From Polyangiales bacterium (lineage in GTDB: Bacteria > Myxococcota_A > Polyangia > Polyangiales > Polyangiaceae): a stretch of DNA of 64,000 bases. The notes under the pieces were generated by a model. That model was given only the letters and a program-made list of their open reading frames with translations. It had not been told where the DNA came from and searched no databases. The position numbers and the translations under genes are program-made. The DNA is taken from assembly GCA_038231275.1 (NCBI GenBank), contig JBBRLQ010000004.1, forward strand, positions 288,001-352,000, given 5' to 3'. Shown piece by piece: positions 10,535 to 21,068 of this stretch (its first letter is position 1; the number at the start of each line of letters is the position of its first letter).

Positions 10535-11791
10535 TCAGCCAGCGGGTGCCGCGACGGCGTTCGCCGCGGTTCCGCAGTTGGCGCAGAACTTCGCCGCCGC
10601 GGCGAGCTCGCCGCCGCAGCCGGTGCAGAACTTCTTCAGCGGAGAGAGCGCCGCGCCGCACTCCGCGCAGAACTTCCCGCCGGGCTGCTTGCAGTTGCAC
10701 TTTGCACACGTCACTTGCAGGCCGCCCGGGGAGAACTGAGGTTGCGCGGCCGCAGCAGCAGGAGCCGCCGCGCCGCCGACCGCGAACTGCGGCTGCGCGC
10801 CGGGCTGCATCGCCCCCACCATCATGTTGCCCATGCCGACGCCGACCGCCATCGACGCGCCCGCGCCTGCGAGCCCGTCACCAACGCCGTGCGCCGCCAT
10901 CCCCTGCCCCGCGCCCATGAGCGCCTGGCCGGCAGCGTAGTTCTGGTAGTTGCCGGCGAGCTGCTGAACGTACCGCGCGTCCTGTCCGAACTTCTGATCG
11001 AGCTCGAACTGCTTGGCTTGCGCGTCGGCTGCGGCGCCCGCGACGCCGATCTGCTTCACGCGCACCTCGCGCTGCGCCTTCGCGATCTCCGCGTTCGCCG
11101 CGACGAGGCGCTGGCGATCCTCGTCGGAGAAGTTCAGGTTGAACTGCCCCATCTGGAGGATGCGGACGCCGATGTCGTTCAGATCGGGCGCGTGGTTCAC
11201 GAACGCGGCGGCGAGCTTTTGCGTCAGCGCCACGGCCTGGAGGACGCTCTTCTGCTCGACCTCGCAGAGCTCTCCAAGCGTCGTCTTGACGCCGTTCATG
11301 AAGAGGCCCTTCACCCAGTCGAGGACGAAGTCGTTGTCGCCCGTCGATCCCTGGCCGCTGTAGCCGACGACGAAGCGCACCGGATCGGTCACGACGAGCG
11401 AGAACTCGCCGAAGATGCGCGGGATGACTTGCTCGCCGGTGAGCGGATCCAGCATGTCGCCGATGGGGCCGCCGAACGGGATGCCGCGCACCGGCGTCGT
11501 CTTCACGAAGAAGATCTCGCTGATGAAGACCTGACCGCCCGTGAAGTTGTTCACGATCTGGTTCAGGAACGGGATGTTCTGCGTCTGCAGCGTGTGACGG
11601 CCTGGCGGCAGCACGCCGACGACGCGACCGTCTTTGAAGAACACCGCGCACTCGTCGCTGTCGACGGTGAGCTGCGAGTACATCGGGAAATTCTGATCGG
11701 GATGCTTGAAGACGATGAGGTGCTTGAGTTGATCCGGGCGCGCGATCATCATTTCGCGCACGCCGTTCTTCACGAAGTCGAACACACCCAT
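10535..11791 (-). CDS. SPFH (band-7-like) domain protein with C-terminal double zinc ribbon
   Basis: SQLTVDSDECAVFFKDG...PGRHTL.T.NIPFL; Gly/Ala/Met-rich linker; CAKC...FCAECG...CTGCG...FCANCG. Start MGVFDFVK at 11791. Confidence 0.85.
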   Translation of the reverse strand: MGVFDFVKNGVREMMIARPDQLKHLIVFKHPDQNFPMYSQLTVDSDECAVFFKDGRVVGVLPPGRHTLQTQNIPFLNQIVNNFTGGQVFISEIFFVKTTPVRGIPFGGPIGDMLDPLTGEQVIPRIFGEFSLVVTDPVRFVVGYSGQGSTGDNDFVLDWVKGLFMNGVKTTLGELCEVEQKSVLQAVALTQKLAAAFVNHAPDLNDIGVRILQMGQFNLNFSDEDRQRLVAANAEIAKAQREVRVKQIGVAGAAADAQAKQFELDQKFGQDARYVQQLAGNYQNYAAGQALMGAGQGMAAHGVGDGLAGAGASMAVGVGMGNMMVGAMQPGAQPQFAVGGAAAPAAAAAQPQFSPGGLQVTCAKCNCKQPGGKFCAECGAALSPLKKFCTGCGGELAAAAKFCANCGTAANAVAAPAG

Positions 11792-11955
11792 CGGGATCTC
11801 CTTGTCGGGGACGGTGCCCACGACTTCGCCCAAGATAATTCTCCTGGGGCCGGGCCGCCAGGCCTGACGCACGTGTCGTGGCGGTCTTAAGAGGTACGGC
11901 CTTCTACGATGGACATCTAGTGATTCCGCGCGTTTTGGCGCATAGTTGACGGAAC

Positions 11956-13068
11956 ATGGAGCCCGCGGTCGACGTCTCCACCCTGCCGCAGCAAGCGCAG
12001 CGCCTCCTGGACCCCACAACGCCGCCGGCCCTGCGGACGCTCGGCGCGCGCGGCATCGCCCCCGGTCTGAAGCCTGGCGAGGCGCTGACGCTCGTCTGCC
12101 TCCTGGCCGAGGGCGAGGACGTGCCGATCGCCAACATGGCGAAGGCGACGCTCAAGGCGCTACCCGCTCCGGTCCTGAACGGAGCGCTCGCGAGCGAGCT
12201 GCCGCCGGGCGTGCTCGACGTGATCGCGCCTCAGTTCGCGGGCGAGCTGAGCGTGATGGAGCGGATCCTCTCGCACCCGAACCTGATGCCCATCACGGTG
12301 GCAAAGGTCGCCGGCGCGTGCAGCGAGGCCGTCAGCGAGCTCATCGCGACGAACGAAGAGCGCCTGCTCAAGCATCCCGAGATCATCGAGAAGCTCTATC
12401 TGAACAAGGCGACGCGCATGTCGACGACCGATCGCCTGATCGAGCTCGCCGTGCGCAACGGGCTCGAGCTGACCGGCATCCCCGCGTTCAAGGAGGCGGC
12501 CGCCGCGATCGCCAACGAGCTGATCCCGGAGGCGACCGACGCGCCGGCGCCCGAAGACCTGGCGTTCCGGAGCGTCATCGACACCGCCGAGGACGACGAT
12601 CCGAACGACGAAGTCTACGAGATGGACGACGAAGGCCGCGAGGTCGTCAAGGCGAAGCACAGAGAGAAGCTGCCGCCGATCAACGAGATGACGATCAGTC
12701 AGAAGATCCGCCTCAGCGCCCTGGGGACGGCGTCGCAGCGCGCGATCCTCGTCCGCGACGCGAACCGCCTCGTGGCGGCGGCGGCGGCGAAGAGCCCGAA
12801 GATGGGCGAGCAGGAGGCCGAGCGCATCGCGAAGAGCCGCGCGGTCAGCGATGACGTCCTCAAGATCATCGCGGAGAGCTTCCCCAAGCACTACCCCATC
12901 AAGTACGCCCTCACCGAGAACCCGCGGACGCCGTTCGCGCTTGCGTCGAAGTTCATCGTCCACCTGCGGGAGAGCGAGCTCAAGGCGCTGGCGCGGAGCA
13001 AGAACGTGAGCGGCGCGGTGTCGACGGCGGCGAAGCAGCACCTGTCGCGGCGGGAGAAGAGGGGCTGA
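11956..13068 (+). CDS. Conserved myxobacterial alpha-helical hypothetical protein
   Basis: Long ORF with typical codon usage; ELIATNEERLL.HP.IIEKLY.N, ILVRD.NRLVA and NPRTP motifs; function unknown. Confidence 0.7.
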   Translation: MEPAVDVSTLPQQAQRLLDPTTPPALRTLGARGIAPGLKPGEALTLVCLLAEGEDVPIANMAKATLKALPAPVLNGALASELPPGVLDVIAPQFAGELSVMERILSHPNLMPITVAKVAGACSEAVSELIATNEERLLKHPEIIEKLYLNKATRMSTTDRLIELAVRNGLELTGIPAFKEAAAAIANELIPEATDAPAPEDLAFRSVIDTAEDDDPNDEVYEMDDEGREVVKAKHREKLPPINEMTISQKIRLSALGTASQRAILVRDANRLVAAAAAKSPKMGEQEAERIAKSRAVSDDVLKIIAESFPKHYPIKYALTENPRTPFALASKFIVHLRESELKALARSKNVSGAVSTAAKQHLSRREKRG

Positions 13069-13218
13069 CGGTTTGGCGGGGCCACCGCTGACGTCGGAGC
13101 TACCTCCGCAAGGGGCGGGCTCGGTGATCGCCTGGGTCACGGCTCGCGAGCGGACGAGTCGCGGCGCCTGGCCCTTGCGAGCAGCAGTTCACGGTCCCCG
13201 TGATACCGTCGGACCCTA

Positions 13219-14745
13219 GTGCCTGCGTCGACTCCCCCGCGATCCCACGATCAGCCTGGCTCGACGAAGTTGGCGCTGTGTCTCCGGGCTACGGCTGCAC
13301 TTCTACTTCTCTACCCGGCCGTAGCGCTGCTCCGTACCCTCGCAACAACGTTGGCGGCGCGCATCGCCTACCCGTGGGATCTAGAGTGGATGGAGGGGTG
13401 CCACCTCTACCACGCGTACCGCATCTCCCACGGGCTCTACCTCTACGGAGACCCGGCGCGCGGCTTCGCGACCTTCCCCTATCCACCCGTGTACTGGACC
13501 GTGCTCAGCGCAACGGGCGGGCTCTTCGGCCTCGACTATCCGACGGCGCGCGCGCTGTCCATCGCCTGCATCGTGGGAGCAGGCGCGATCTTGGCGGGCG
13601 CGATCGTCTGGCACGCGCCGTCTCGCGCTGTCGGCGTCGTCCTTGCCGTACTCGCGTTCGGCGGGATCGCTGCCGGGTATCCGTTCGCGGGCGCGGCGTA
13701 CGATCTGGCGCGCGGCGACGCGATGGCCATCTTCTTCCCGGTGCTCGGCGCGGCGATCCTGGGTGACGGGCGCGTGCGACTCGGACGGGCGGCGATCGCG
13801 GGCGGCGTCCTGACGCTTGCGATCTACACGAAGCAGACCGGCGTGTTCTTCGCGGTGTGGCTCATCGTCTTCGCGTACGTGCGAGACGCACGGGGCGGAA
13901 TCCTCCTCTTGTGTGCGACCGGAGCGTCGAGCGCGGCGCTACTCGGCGCGTTCTGCGCGGCGACGGGCGGGTGGTTTTGGACGTGGCTCTTCGATCAGGC
14001 CCGCCACGGCCTACGGGGGCACGACGAGTGGAGCGCGGCGATCGGTCACTTCGCGGTACACGCGCCGTTCCTCGTCGCCCTCCCGTGGTTCGTCGCCGAG
14101 GCGCGACGGCGGGAATGGCTGCGCCCGGTGACGGTGAAGTGGGTCGGGCTCCTCGGGGCCGCGATCGTCGCGTCGATGGTTCCGTTCATGAAGGTTGGCG
14201 GCTGGGTCAATGTGCTCATCCCGGTCTTCGTCTTGTCGTGGCCGGTGGCTCTCCTGCTGGTCTGCGATTTCTTGCACGCGCTCCCCGCGCAGGGGACGGC
14301 ATCGCGCGCGGCGTTTTGGGGCACGCTCATCGCGGGCGCCGCGACACTCTGGCTGCTCGCGTTCGATCCGTCGCCGTTCGTCCCGACGACCGAGCGCACC
14401 GAGAGGGCGCGCCGGCTCCGCGCGTTCGTGCACGATCTGGACGGCCCGGTCGTCTTCACGACCAGCCCGTTCGTGCCCATCCTCGAGGGGAAGCAGCCGA
14501 ACGAGCAGCCGATCTTGCAAGGCTTCATCGACGCGAAGGCCGGCGAGCTCGACGGCGACTACGCGCGCGCGCTCGAGCGGAGCGGAGCGGAATACCTGAT
14601 CGTCGGCGCGCTCAACGACACGCGCGACTACAGGCCGGGCCTGCGGCGCTCGTTCGACCTCGTGCGCGATCTCGATTTTGGCGTGCAGACGCAGCCCGCG
14701 CTCCCGTTCTCGTTGTGGAAACGCGCCTCCGCGCCTCGACCTTGA
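13219..14745 (+). CDS. Multi-pass GT-C-like (ArnT/PMT-type) glycosyltransferase
   Basis: First-loop YPWDLEWMEG, YPPVYW, YDLARGD and TKQTG motifs; about 12 hydrophobic segments. Confidence 0.65.
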   Translation: MPASTPPRSHDQPGSTKLALCLRATAALLLLYPAVALLRTLATTLAARIAYPWDLEWMEGCHLYHAYRISHGLYLYGDPARGFATFPYPPVYWTVLSATGGLFGLDYPTARALSIACIVGAGAILAGAIVWHAPSRAVGVVLAVLAFGGIAAGYPFAGAAYDLARGDAMAIFFPVLGAAILGDGRVRLGRAAIAGGVLTLAIYTKQTGVFFAVWLIVFAYVRDARGGILLLCATGASSAALLGAFCAATGGWFWTWLFDQARHGLRGHDEWSAAIGHFAVHAPFLVALPWFVAEARRREWLRPVTVKWVGLLGAAIVASMVPFMKVGGWVNVLIPVFVLSWPVALLLVCDFLHALPAQGTASRAAFWGTLIAGAATLWLLAFDPSPFVPTTERTERARRLRAFVHDLDGPVVFTTSPFVPILEGKQPNEQPILQGFIDAKAGELDGDYARALERSGAEYLIVGALNDTRDYRPGLRRSFDLVRDLDFGVQTQPALPFSLWKRASAPRP

Positions 14746-14752
14746 GCCCCGG

Positions 14753-15952
14753 CTATTCCTGGCTGAAGTGCATCTTGCGCTGACCGAGCCAATCGGCCCA
14801 CGGGTCGTATCCGAGGGCCTTCAGCCCGAGCGCCACCGGGAGCGGGTAGAGGACGACCGGCCGCGATTGCCCCACGTAATATTGAGGCACCAAGAGGTTC
14901 ACGAGGAGGAGCGCCCAAAGCACGCGCCCGAAGATTGGCGGCGCCACGACCTCGCGGAGTAGGGCTGCGCCGCTCAAAATCGCCGGGAAGGCGATGGCGG
15001 GAAGACGTGACTCGTCGGACGTGATGATGAGCGTCGCGACGCCACCGAGCGTCGCGAGGAGCAAGCTGGCCACCTCGGCGCGGCGCCCCTTCGCCCACTG
15101 GTCGACGCCGGCGAGGAGCGGCAAGACCCAGAGGCACTTGAACGCCATGAAGAGCCCGAGCCACGCGCCGCGCACGTTGAGGAGCGCGTTCTCCCGCAGG
15201 TACGGCGCGTTCAAGTAAAAGCCCGGCGTCCACGTGATGGGCGCGTGACGCGCGATCACCGCGCGCACGTAGGCGGCGAGGAAGAGCGCTGCGGCGATCG
15301 ACACACCAAGACGAGCGCGTCTCGCCCACCCCTCCCGCCGCCGCCCCGTGTGCCAGACGAGCCAGGGGAGGAGGAACGCGTTCGCCTCGTGGTTGAGGAT
15401 CGCCAAGGCAACGCACGCGCCCACAACGAGGTCCGAGCCTGCGAAGATCATCGCGATCGCCAGAACCAGGTACGACAGCGTGTCGACGTATCCGGCGAAA
15501 TGGAGCGTGAAGAGGATCGGGCTCGAGAAGGCCAGGAGGGAGCCCATCGCCACGCACTCCGAGCCCGCGAAGCCGCTTCTTCGATACCCGCGCATCACCA
15601 CCGCGAGGAAGCCGATGCCTGCGAGGAGCGGGAGGACGATGAACGCGTCGCCGCGGAGGAACATGCAATACGCGAGCACGGGCGCGAGCGGACGGAAGCG
15701 GATCGGCGACGCCGACGCCTCGAAGGGCGCGCGCGACGCCTCTCCGTAGAGGATGCCATGGTTGACGAGACGAATCGCCGGCGCGGAGTAAAGGGCCGCT
15801 ACGCAAAGGAGCATCGTCGCGAAGAGCAGGCAGACACCCCACGCGCCGAAGCGCCGCTCGCCTCGCGCGAACCCGTCGTCGAGGCGGGCCGTGAAGCGAT
15901 CGCATCGCGACGCGAACCACGACACCAGATTGGGCGAGCGCGTGAGAGGCAT
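14753..15952 (-). CDS. Multi-pass membrane protein, probable GT-C-like glycosyltransferase
   Basis: PIRFRPLAP, YVDTL and ILNHE motifs in a polytopic membrane protein; glycosylation-island context. Confidence 0.5.
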   Translation of the reverse strand: MPLTRSPNLVSWFASRCDRFTARLDDGFARGERRFGAWGVCLLFATMLLCVAALYSAPAIRLVNHGILYGEASRAPFEASASPIRFRPLAPVLAYCMFLRGDAFIVLPLLAGIGFLAVVMRGYRRSGFAGSECVAMGSLLAFSSPILFTLHFAGYVDTLSYLVLAIAMIFAGSDLVVGACVALAILNHEANAFLLPWLVWHTGRRREGWARRARLGVSIAAALFLAAYVRAVIARHAPITWTPGFYLNAPYLRENALLNVRGAWLGLFMAFKCLWVLPLLAGVDQWAKGRRAEVASLLLATLGGVATLIITSDESRLPAIAFPAILSGAALLREVVAPPIFGRVLWALLLVNLLVPQYYVGQSRPVVLYPLPVALGLKALGYDPWADWLGQRKMHFSQE

Positions 15953-16059
15953 GGCTGGCGAGAGCGCGTGGAAGCCTTCCCGTGTCGCGCGCGCACGACG
16001 CTAACACACGGAGTTGACACCAAGAAGGTCGTGCGCGAAGAGATGCGTGTGGGCCCCCC

Positions 16060-17895
16060 GTGAAGCGCCTGACGTCGTGGCTCCAGGCGAGCGTGACGCG
16101 TGCGTGGCGGGAGAGCGATCTCCCGTCGCGGGTCGCGGGGCTTTCGGCCTTCGTCATCGCCCTCGCGATGCTCACGCGCGCGCTAGGCGGGCTCGCGCGG
16201 CACCTCGAGCTCGTGGGCGATCACGACTGGGACTCGCACCTCGTCTACCGCGAGCTGACGATGGCCAGCCTTCGCGAAGGCGAAATGCCGCTCTGGGCTC
16301 CTCATCTCTGCGGCGGCAATCCGCTCTGGGGGTACGCGGAGGGTGCGACGAACCTCGTGTCCCCGTACCTGCCGGCGTACCTCCTCTTGCCGATCTCGGT
16401 GGCGATCCGTGTCGAGGTCGCCGGCGCCGCGCTGACGATGGCGCTCGGGTGCTTTCTGCTCGCGGGGCGGTTCACGCGCAGGATCTCGCTGCGCGTGCTC
16501 GTGGTGGCGCTCGGGGCCGTCAACGGCCGCTGGGCGCTGCAGGTCGCGGCGGGGCACTCCTGGCACCTCCAGTATTGCTGGCTCCCGTTCGCCCTCTACT
16601 TCTTCGATCGCGCGCTCGAGCGCCGACGGTTCGGCGACGTATGCGCGACCGGCGCGGCGATTGCCCTCATCGCGTACACCGGCGGCGTCTATCCCCTGCC
16701 CCACACAGTCCTCGCGCTGGGGGTCTACGCCGTCGTGCTCGCCGTGAGCGCGCGCTCCCTGCGGCCGCTCGCCACCCTCGCCACGGTCGGCTTGGTCTCG
16801 CTGGGGTTGTCGGCGCCGAAGCTCCTCCCCGTGCTCCAGGTGATGCAGAGCTCGCCTCGCCTGATCGAGTCCTCCGAAGCATTCACGTTCTCGCAGCTCG
16901 TCACGGCGCTCACGGCGCGGTGGGACCGTCTCGGCCCCGACACGCCTCTGCCCTTCGAGCCCATCTGGTGGTGGCACGAGTACGGCATCTACGTCGGCTG
17001 GGCCGGCGCCCTCGTCATGGCGCTGGGGATCGCGCTGCCCGGCGATCGGCGGCTCGTCGCAATCAAGCTCACGGGGCTGTCGTTCCTGGTGCTGGGCTGC
17101 GGTGCGTTTCACCGCTTCGCGCCGTGGACGCTCCTTCACCTGGTGCCGCCGTTCTCGTCGCAGCACGTTCCGTCGCGCTTCCTTTATACGGCGGTGCTGC
17201 TGCTCGCGGTCTCGTGCGTCGGGAGCATCGACGCGCTGTGGCAGAGGCGCCTGCAAGGACGCGCGCGGTGGCTCGACGCGGCACTCCTCGCGCCGGTCGC
17301 ACTCATCTTCTTCGACGTGACGCGCTCGGCCGCGACGCTGATCCCGCTGGCCTTCACGCGCCCGCTGCCTACACTTGTTCGTTCGGCGTCGTTTCATCAC
17401 GTGACGGCCACACCGACGAAGATCGAGTTCGGAATCCCTGCGCCGATGATCATGCTCCCGACCGTGCGCGCCAACGAAGGCATCCTCACGTGCTATGGCA
17501 TCCCGCCCGTGTCGCACGCCGGCGCGCGCGCCGTGGACGGCGAAGGGTACCGCGGCGAGGCGTACGTGGACGAACGCGGCGACGCGCGGATCGTTGCCTG
17601 GACGACGCAGCACGCGGTCGTGGAGTACCAGAACGCCGCGCCGGGTGCGCACGTGGTCTACAACATGAATTTCCTGGAGGGGTGGCGCGCCGACGGGGAG
17701 CCGGCGGTGCCGTGGAACGACGCGGTGTCGACGCGCGCGACGGGGCCGAGCGGACGCATCGTGTTCCGGTACCGGCCGAGCACGTTCGTGCCGGGGGTCG
17801 CAATCGGCATAGCAACGGTCGTGATCCTGACGGGGCTCTTGGTCCGTCGGAAGAGGAGGAGCGGGTGCGCGCCTTCGCAAAGGGAATCGTCTTGA
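16060..17895 (+). CDS. YfhO-like multi-pass membrane glycosylation protein
   Basis: GEMPLWAPHLCGGNPL, EYGIYVG and VPSRF motifs; C-terminal NMNFLEGWRA...VFRYRP plus terminal TM, typical of YfhO-like proteins. Confidence 0.65.
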   Translation: MKRLTSWLQASVTRAWRESDLPSRVAGLSAFVIALAMLTRALGGLARHLELVGDHDWDSHLVYRELTMASLREGEMPLWAPHLCGGNPLWGYAEGATNLVSPYLPAYLLLPISVAIRVEVAGAALTMALGCFLLAGRFTRRISLRVLVVALGAVNGRWALQVAAGHSWHLQYCWLPFALYFFDRALERRRFGDVCATGAAIALIAYTGGVYPLPHTVLALGVYAVVLAVSARSLRPLATLATVGLVSLGLSAPKLLPVLQVMQSSPRLIESSEAFTFSQLVTALTARWDRLGPDTPLPFEPIWWWHEYGIYVGWAGALVMALGIALPGDRRLVAIKLTGLSFLVLGCGAFHRFAPWTLLHLVPPFSSQHVPSRFLYTAVLLLAVSCVGSIDALWQRRLQGRARWLDAALLAPVALIFFDVTRSAATLIPLAFTRPLPTLVRSASFHHVTATPTKIEFGIPAPMIMLPTVRANEGILTCYGIPPVSHAGARAVDGEGYRGEAYVDERGDARIVAWTTQHAVVEYQNAAPGAHVVYNMNFLEGWRADGEPAVPWNDAVSTRATGPSGRIVFRYRPSTFVPGVAIGIATVVILTGLLVRRKRRSGCAPSQRESS

Positions 17896-18827
17896 AAACG
17901 ACGGTTCGCGCGCTCGCTTGCGCAGCCGCGCTGGCCATGACTGCAGCGCTGTGCGCGGTCGGTGCGTGCGGCGAGGGCTTGGCGGTGAATCCCGTGGCCG
18001 CGGCGGACGCGGCGCTACCGGTCAGCGACGCCGGAGACTCCAGAAAGGATGGTCTCGCCGACGCCGCCTACACGTGCGGACCCGCGAGCGTGCTCGTCGC
18101 GCCACGGAGGCCCCTCCGCATCTTGTTCTTCACGAAGGAGACGCTCTTCTTTCACACCGGGGCCCACGCGAGCGGAGATGTCGCGCTCTCGCAGTATCTC
18201 CGCGCCCGCGGGCACGACGTCACCGTCTCCGCGAACACGGCGCTGTTCACGGACGACGGCCTCGCGGCGTTCGACGTAATCCTGTTCTTCGTCACATCTG
18301 GGAATTTTTTGACCGATCCCCAACGCCTCGCGTTCCAGGGGTTCGTCCACGCGGGCAAGGGCGTCGCCGGCGTTCATGCGGCGAGCGCCACGGAGCTCGA
18401 CTCGCAGTTCTTTCGCGATCTGATCGGTGCCACCTTCGCCGGCCACGGCAGCGGCGACGCTGGGATCATCCCCGCCCGCCTCATCGTGAACGCCAAGGAC
18501 AGCCCGCTCGTCTCGTTCCTCCCCGATCCGTGGGAGCGCGTCGACGAGTGGTACTACTACTCCGCGAACCCCGCGAAGAACGCCGCGCTGTCGCCGCTCC
18601 TGTCCCTCGACGAGTCGTCGATCGCCCAGTATTTCCCGGATTACCCCGACGCCGGCTTCTACGGAGCGGCGGGTCACCCGATGTCCTGGACGCAGCTCTT
18701 CCAGTGCGGCCGAATGTTCTACACCGCGCTCGGTCACACCGCGGCGTCGTACTCCGAGGAGCTCTTCCTCAGATCCATATCCAACGGAATCGAGTGGGCC
18801 GGCGCCCCGGCCAGCGAGCAACCCTGA
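17892..18827 (+). CDS. ThuA-like (class I glutamine-amidotransferase-like fold) lipoprotein
   Basis: Signal/lipobox VGAC; ILFFTKET..FH, GVHAA, DEWY and GRMFYTALGH. TTG start overlaps the upstream stop; the 937-aa ORF N-terminus is a shadow extension. Confidence 0.8.
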   Translation: MKTTVRALACAAALAMTAALCAVGACGEGLAVNPVAAADAALPVSDAGDSRKDGLADAAYTCGPASVLVAPRRPLRILFFTKETLFFHTGAHASGDVALSQYLRARGHDVTVSANTALFTDDGLAAFDVILFFVTSGNFLTDPQRLAFQGFVHAGKGVAGVHAASATELDSQFFRDLIGATFAGHGSGDAGIIPARLIVNAKDSPLVSFLPDPWERVDEWYYYSANPAKNAALSPLLSLDESSIAQYFPDYPDAGFYGAAGHPMSWTQLFQCGRMFYTALGHTAASYSEELFLRSISNGIEWAGAPASEQP

Positions 18828-18836
18828 AGCGGACGC

Positions 18837-20969
18837 TCAGGGCATCGGATCAAAGCGCAGGTACTCGAGCGCCACGGCGTTGAAGTACTCCGGCTCGGTG
18901 TCGCTGAACTCGAATTCAAGCCGCTGAATCCCGTCCGCGCGAAGGGCGTCCTTGGGGATCACGAGCTCGTACCGAACGGCGCCCTTCTTGAACGGCGTCT
19001 CGGCCACCATCGTCCCGACCGGCGCCGATCCGTTCACGCGCAAGGTCAGCGCGATACCGTCCTTCGCCCCGAACCCGCTCGTCTCCACGTGGTAGGCGTG
19101 GTCGGGCGAGAGCCGGACGCGCAGCGCTGCGGTGCGCAGGCTGGGGCCGGCGGGGATCTCCTTCAGCCCCTTCAGCGTGAAGATCATCCGCTTCTTCTGG
19201 TGTCCATGCATCCAGGAGAAGCCACGATGGATCCCGTACTGCTCGGGCGGGCCGAAGCCGTACACTTTGTAAACGTCCGCCTGCTGCCCCTCGAAGTCGA
19301 TGAAGCGCGTGTCCCCCGTCGGCATGTGCTCGGTCTGGTACCGGTCGAACATCTCGAACGATACGCGGTGCAGGCGCACTCTGCCGGTGTCCACAATCGG
19401 CGGCGCAAGGCCGTAGATGATCTCTTCCATCTGAGCGTGCGGCTTCACCACGCGCGGTGTCCACTCGGAGACGTGCCCTTCCGGATCGCCGATCCACGAC
19501 CACCGCTTTTCCGCCCCGAAGAAGCTGTAGAGGATCTTGTCGAACGCCATCTTCTCGAGGTGCGTATACTCGATGTACGAGATCGGCTCCTCCGCGCCGT
19601 AGCGCTCGAAAAGCTCGCCGAAGCTCGCCACCGTTCGGTGCGTCGGCGCGCCAAGCGCGTGCCGATCGAAGTAGTAGCGGGTCGTCGCGTCGACGAGGCA
19701 GTTGGTGACCACGATGTTGCGATGATCGTCGGCAAGACCTTTCTGCACCTCACGGATGTCGCTTCGCTCCAGGAACACCTTGTCGAACCTGGAGAGCGCG
19801 CGGAGCTGCCACGCGCCGACGAAGGCCATCGTGAGGAGCGCTGCGGCGCGCTTGCGGCTCGACGACGAGTCCCACAACGTCGCCAGCAGCGAGCCGCCAC
19901 CGATCGCGAAGTACGGCAGGAACGCGAGCGTCGGATGGTACTGCTCGCAGAAGAGCTGCGTGAAGAGGATCAGGAACGGGAGGCCGGCGCCCAACACGAG
20001 GAGCGGCGACGCGCGAACGTCCGTCTTGACACCCCTCAGCCGGTCGGCGACCGCGATGAGGTGCGCCCCGAGCAGCACGAAGAACGGCGGGCCGAAGAAT
20101 CGCCAGAGCCGATACATGAGGAGCGGAGCGATGGCGTCCTTGTACTCGGGCGCGTGCTGCGATGTCGCGCGCTCCTGGAACTGGAAGATGAAGTCCGCGA
20201 GGAAGCCGTGCCACCCAACCGCCCACACGACGAGGAGCGTCTTCGCCAGCACGGCGCCGATCAAGGCGGCTGCGCCGGTGAGGAGCAGCTGCCTCGCGCG
20301 CGGCTCGAACAAGCGCAGGCCCATCGTGAGGACCGTGGCGCCGAGCATGAGCGGCAAGAAAAAATAGTAGTCGTACGACGCGAGACCGCAGAAGAAGACC
20401 GCCGCCGCGAGCCCGCCTAGGTTCTTCGGTCCGCCGCCGCCGAGCCAGCGCGCAGCCGCATACAACGCGCCGAAGCCCGTGAACCAGTAAAGCGGGATGT
20501 GATGGATCGTGTCTGCGTATTGGAGAAAGAGTAGGTTGAACGAGAAGAGCGGCAAGGCGAAGAGCGCCGCTGTCTTTCCCCACACGAGGCTGACGTACCG
20601 GAAGAAGAGCGCGAGCGCGCCGAAGGTGAACGCCAGCGCGACGATCCGGAAGACCGAGATGTCGGCGGCGCCGAAGATGGTTTGCTCGAAGCCGTTCAGG
20701 ATGTCGGGAAGCGGCGGGTAGTGCGTGTAGCGCAGCGACTCGTCCGTGAGCGGGCCTACGTCGATGACCGGCGTGAACGCCAGCCTGGCGAAGCCGTCAC
20801 GCGCGAAGAACCTCCCGGACGTGAGCACGTTCAGGTCGGACCATGGGTCGCCCCAGTTGAGGCGCAGCGGCTGCGGCGCGCTCGCGATGAGGTAGGCGAC
20901 GACGGCGCCCGTCGCGATCGCGCTGACGGCCACGAGGGGACGGCGGTCGCCGCTTTCGCTCTTGCCCAT
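18837..20969 (-). CDS. GT-C-like (ArnT/GT39-type) membrane glycosyltransferase with C-terminal soluble domain
   Basis: NWGDPWSD and YTHYPPLPD motifs, many TMs, and a long extracytoplasmic C-terminus. Confidence 0.65.
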   Translation of the reverse strand: MGKSESGDRRPLVAVSAIATGAVVAYLIASAPQPLRLNWGDPWSDLNVLTSGRFFARDGFARLAFTPVIDVGPLTDESLRYTHYPPLPDILNGFEQTIFGAADISVFRIVALAFTFGALALFFRYVSLVWGKTAALFALPLFSFNLLFLQYADTIHHIPLYWFTGFGALYAAARWLGGGGPKNLGGLAAAVFFCGLASYDYYFFLPLMLGATVLTMGLRLFEPRARQLLLTGAAALIGAVLAKTLLVVWAVGWHGFLADFIFQFQERATSQHAPEYKDAIAPLLMYRLWRFFGPPFFVLLGAHLIAVADRLRGVKTDVRASPLLVLGAGLPFLILFTQLFCEQYHPTLAFLPYFAIGGGSLLATLWDSSSSRKRAAALLTMAFVGAWQLRALSRFDKVFLERSDIREVQKGLADDHRNIVVTNCLVDATTRYYFDRHALGAPTHRTVASFGELFERYGAEEPISYIEYTHLEKMAFDKILYSFFGAEKRWSWIGDPEGHVSEWTPRVVKPHAQMEEIIYGLAPPIVDTGRVRLHRVSFEMFDRYQTEHMPTGDTRFIDFEGQQADVYKVYGFGPPEQYGIHRGFSWMHGHQKKRMIFTLKGLKEIPAGPSLRTAALRVRLSPDHAYHVETSGFGAKDGIALTLRVNGSAPVGTMVAETPFKKGAVRYELVIPKDALRADGIQRLEFEFSDTEPEYFNAVALEYLRFDPMP

Positions 20970-21068
20970 CGTGGGGGACTCTTACCCCAAGTGGCGGTAG
21001 CGTCGCATCAAAATGCTAGCGCCGCCCTGCGCTGGACATCCCGACACCTTAGAGGTAGGCCACGCCGC

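Noticed and set aside
16014-17891. N-terminal part of the 937-aa ORF (likewise the extensions of 28391-31345, 37502-39871, 26562-27671 and 40303-41685)
   Set aside because: Off-frame or antisense extensions over real genes, caused by stop-codon scarcity at high GC; only the C-terminal parts carry family motifs.
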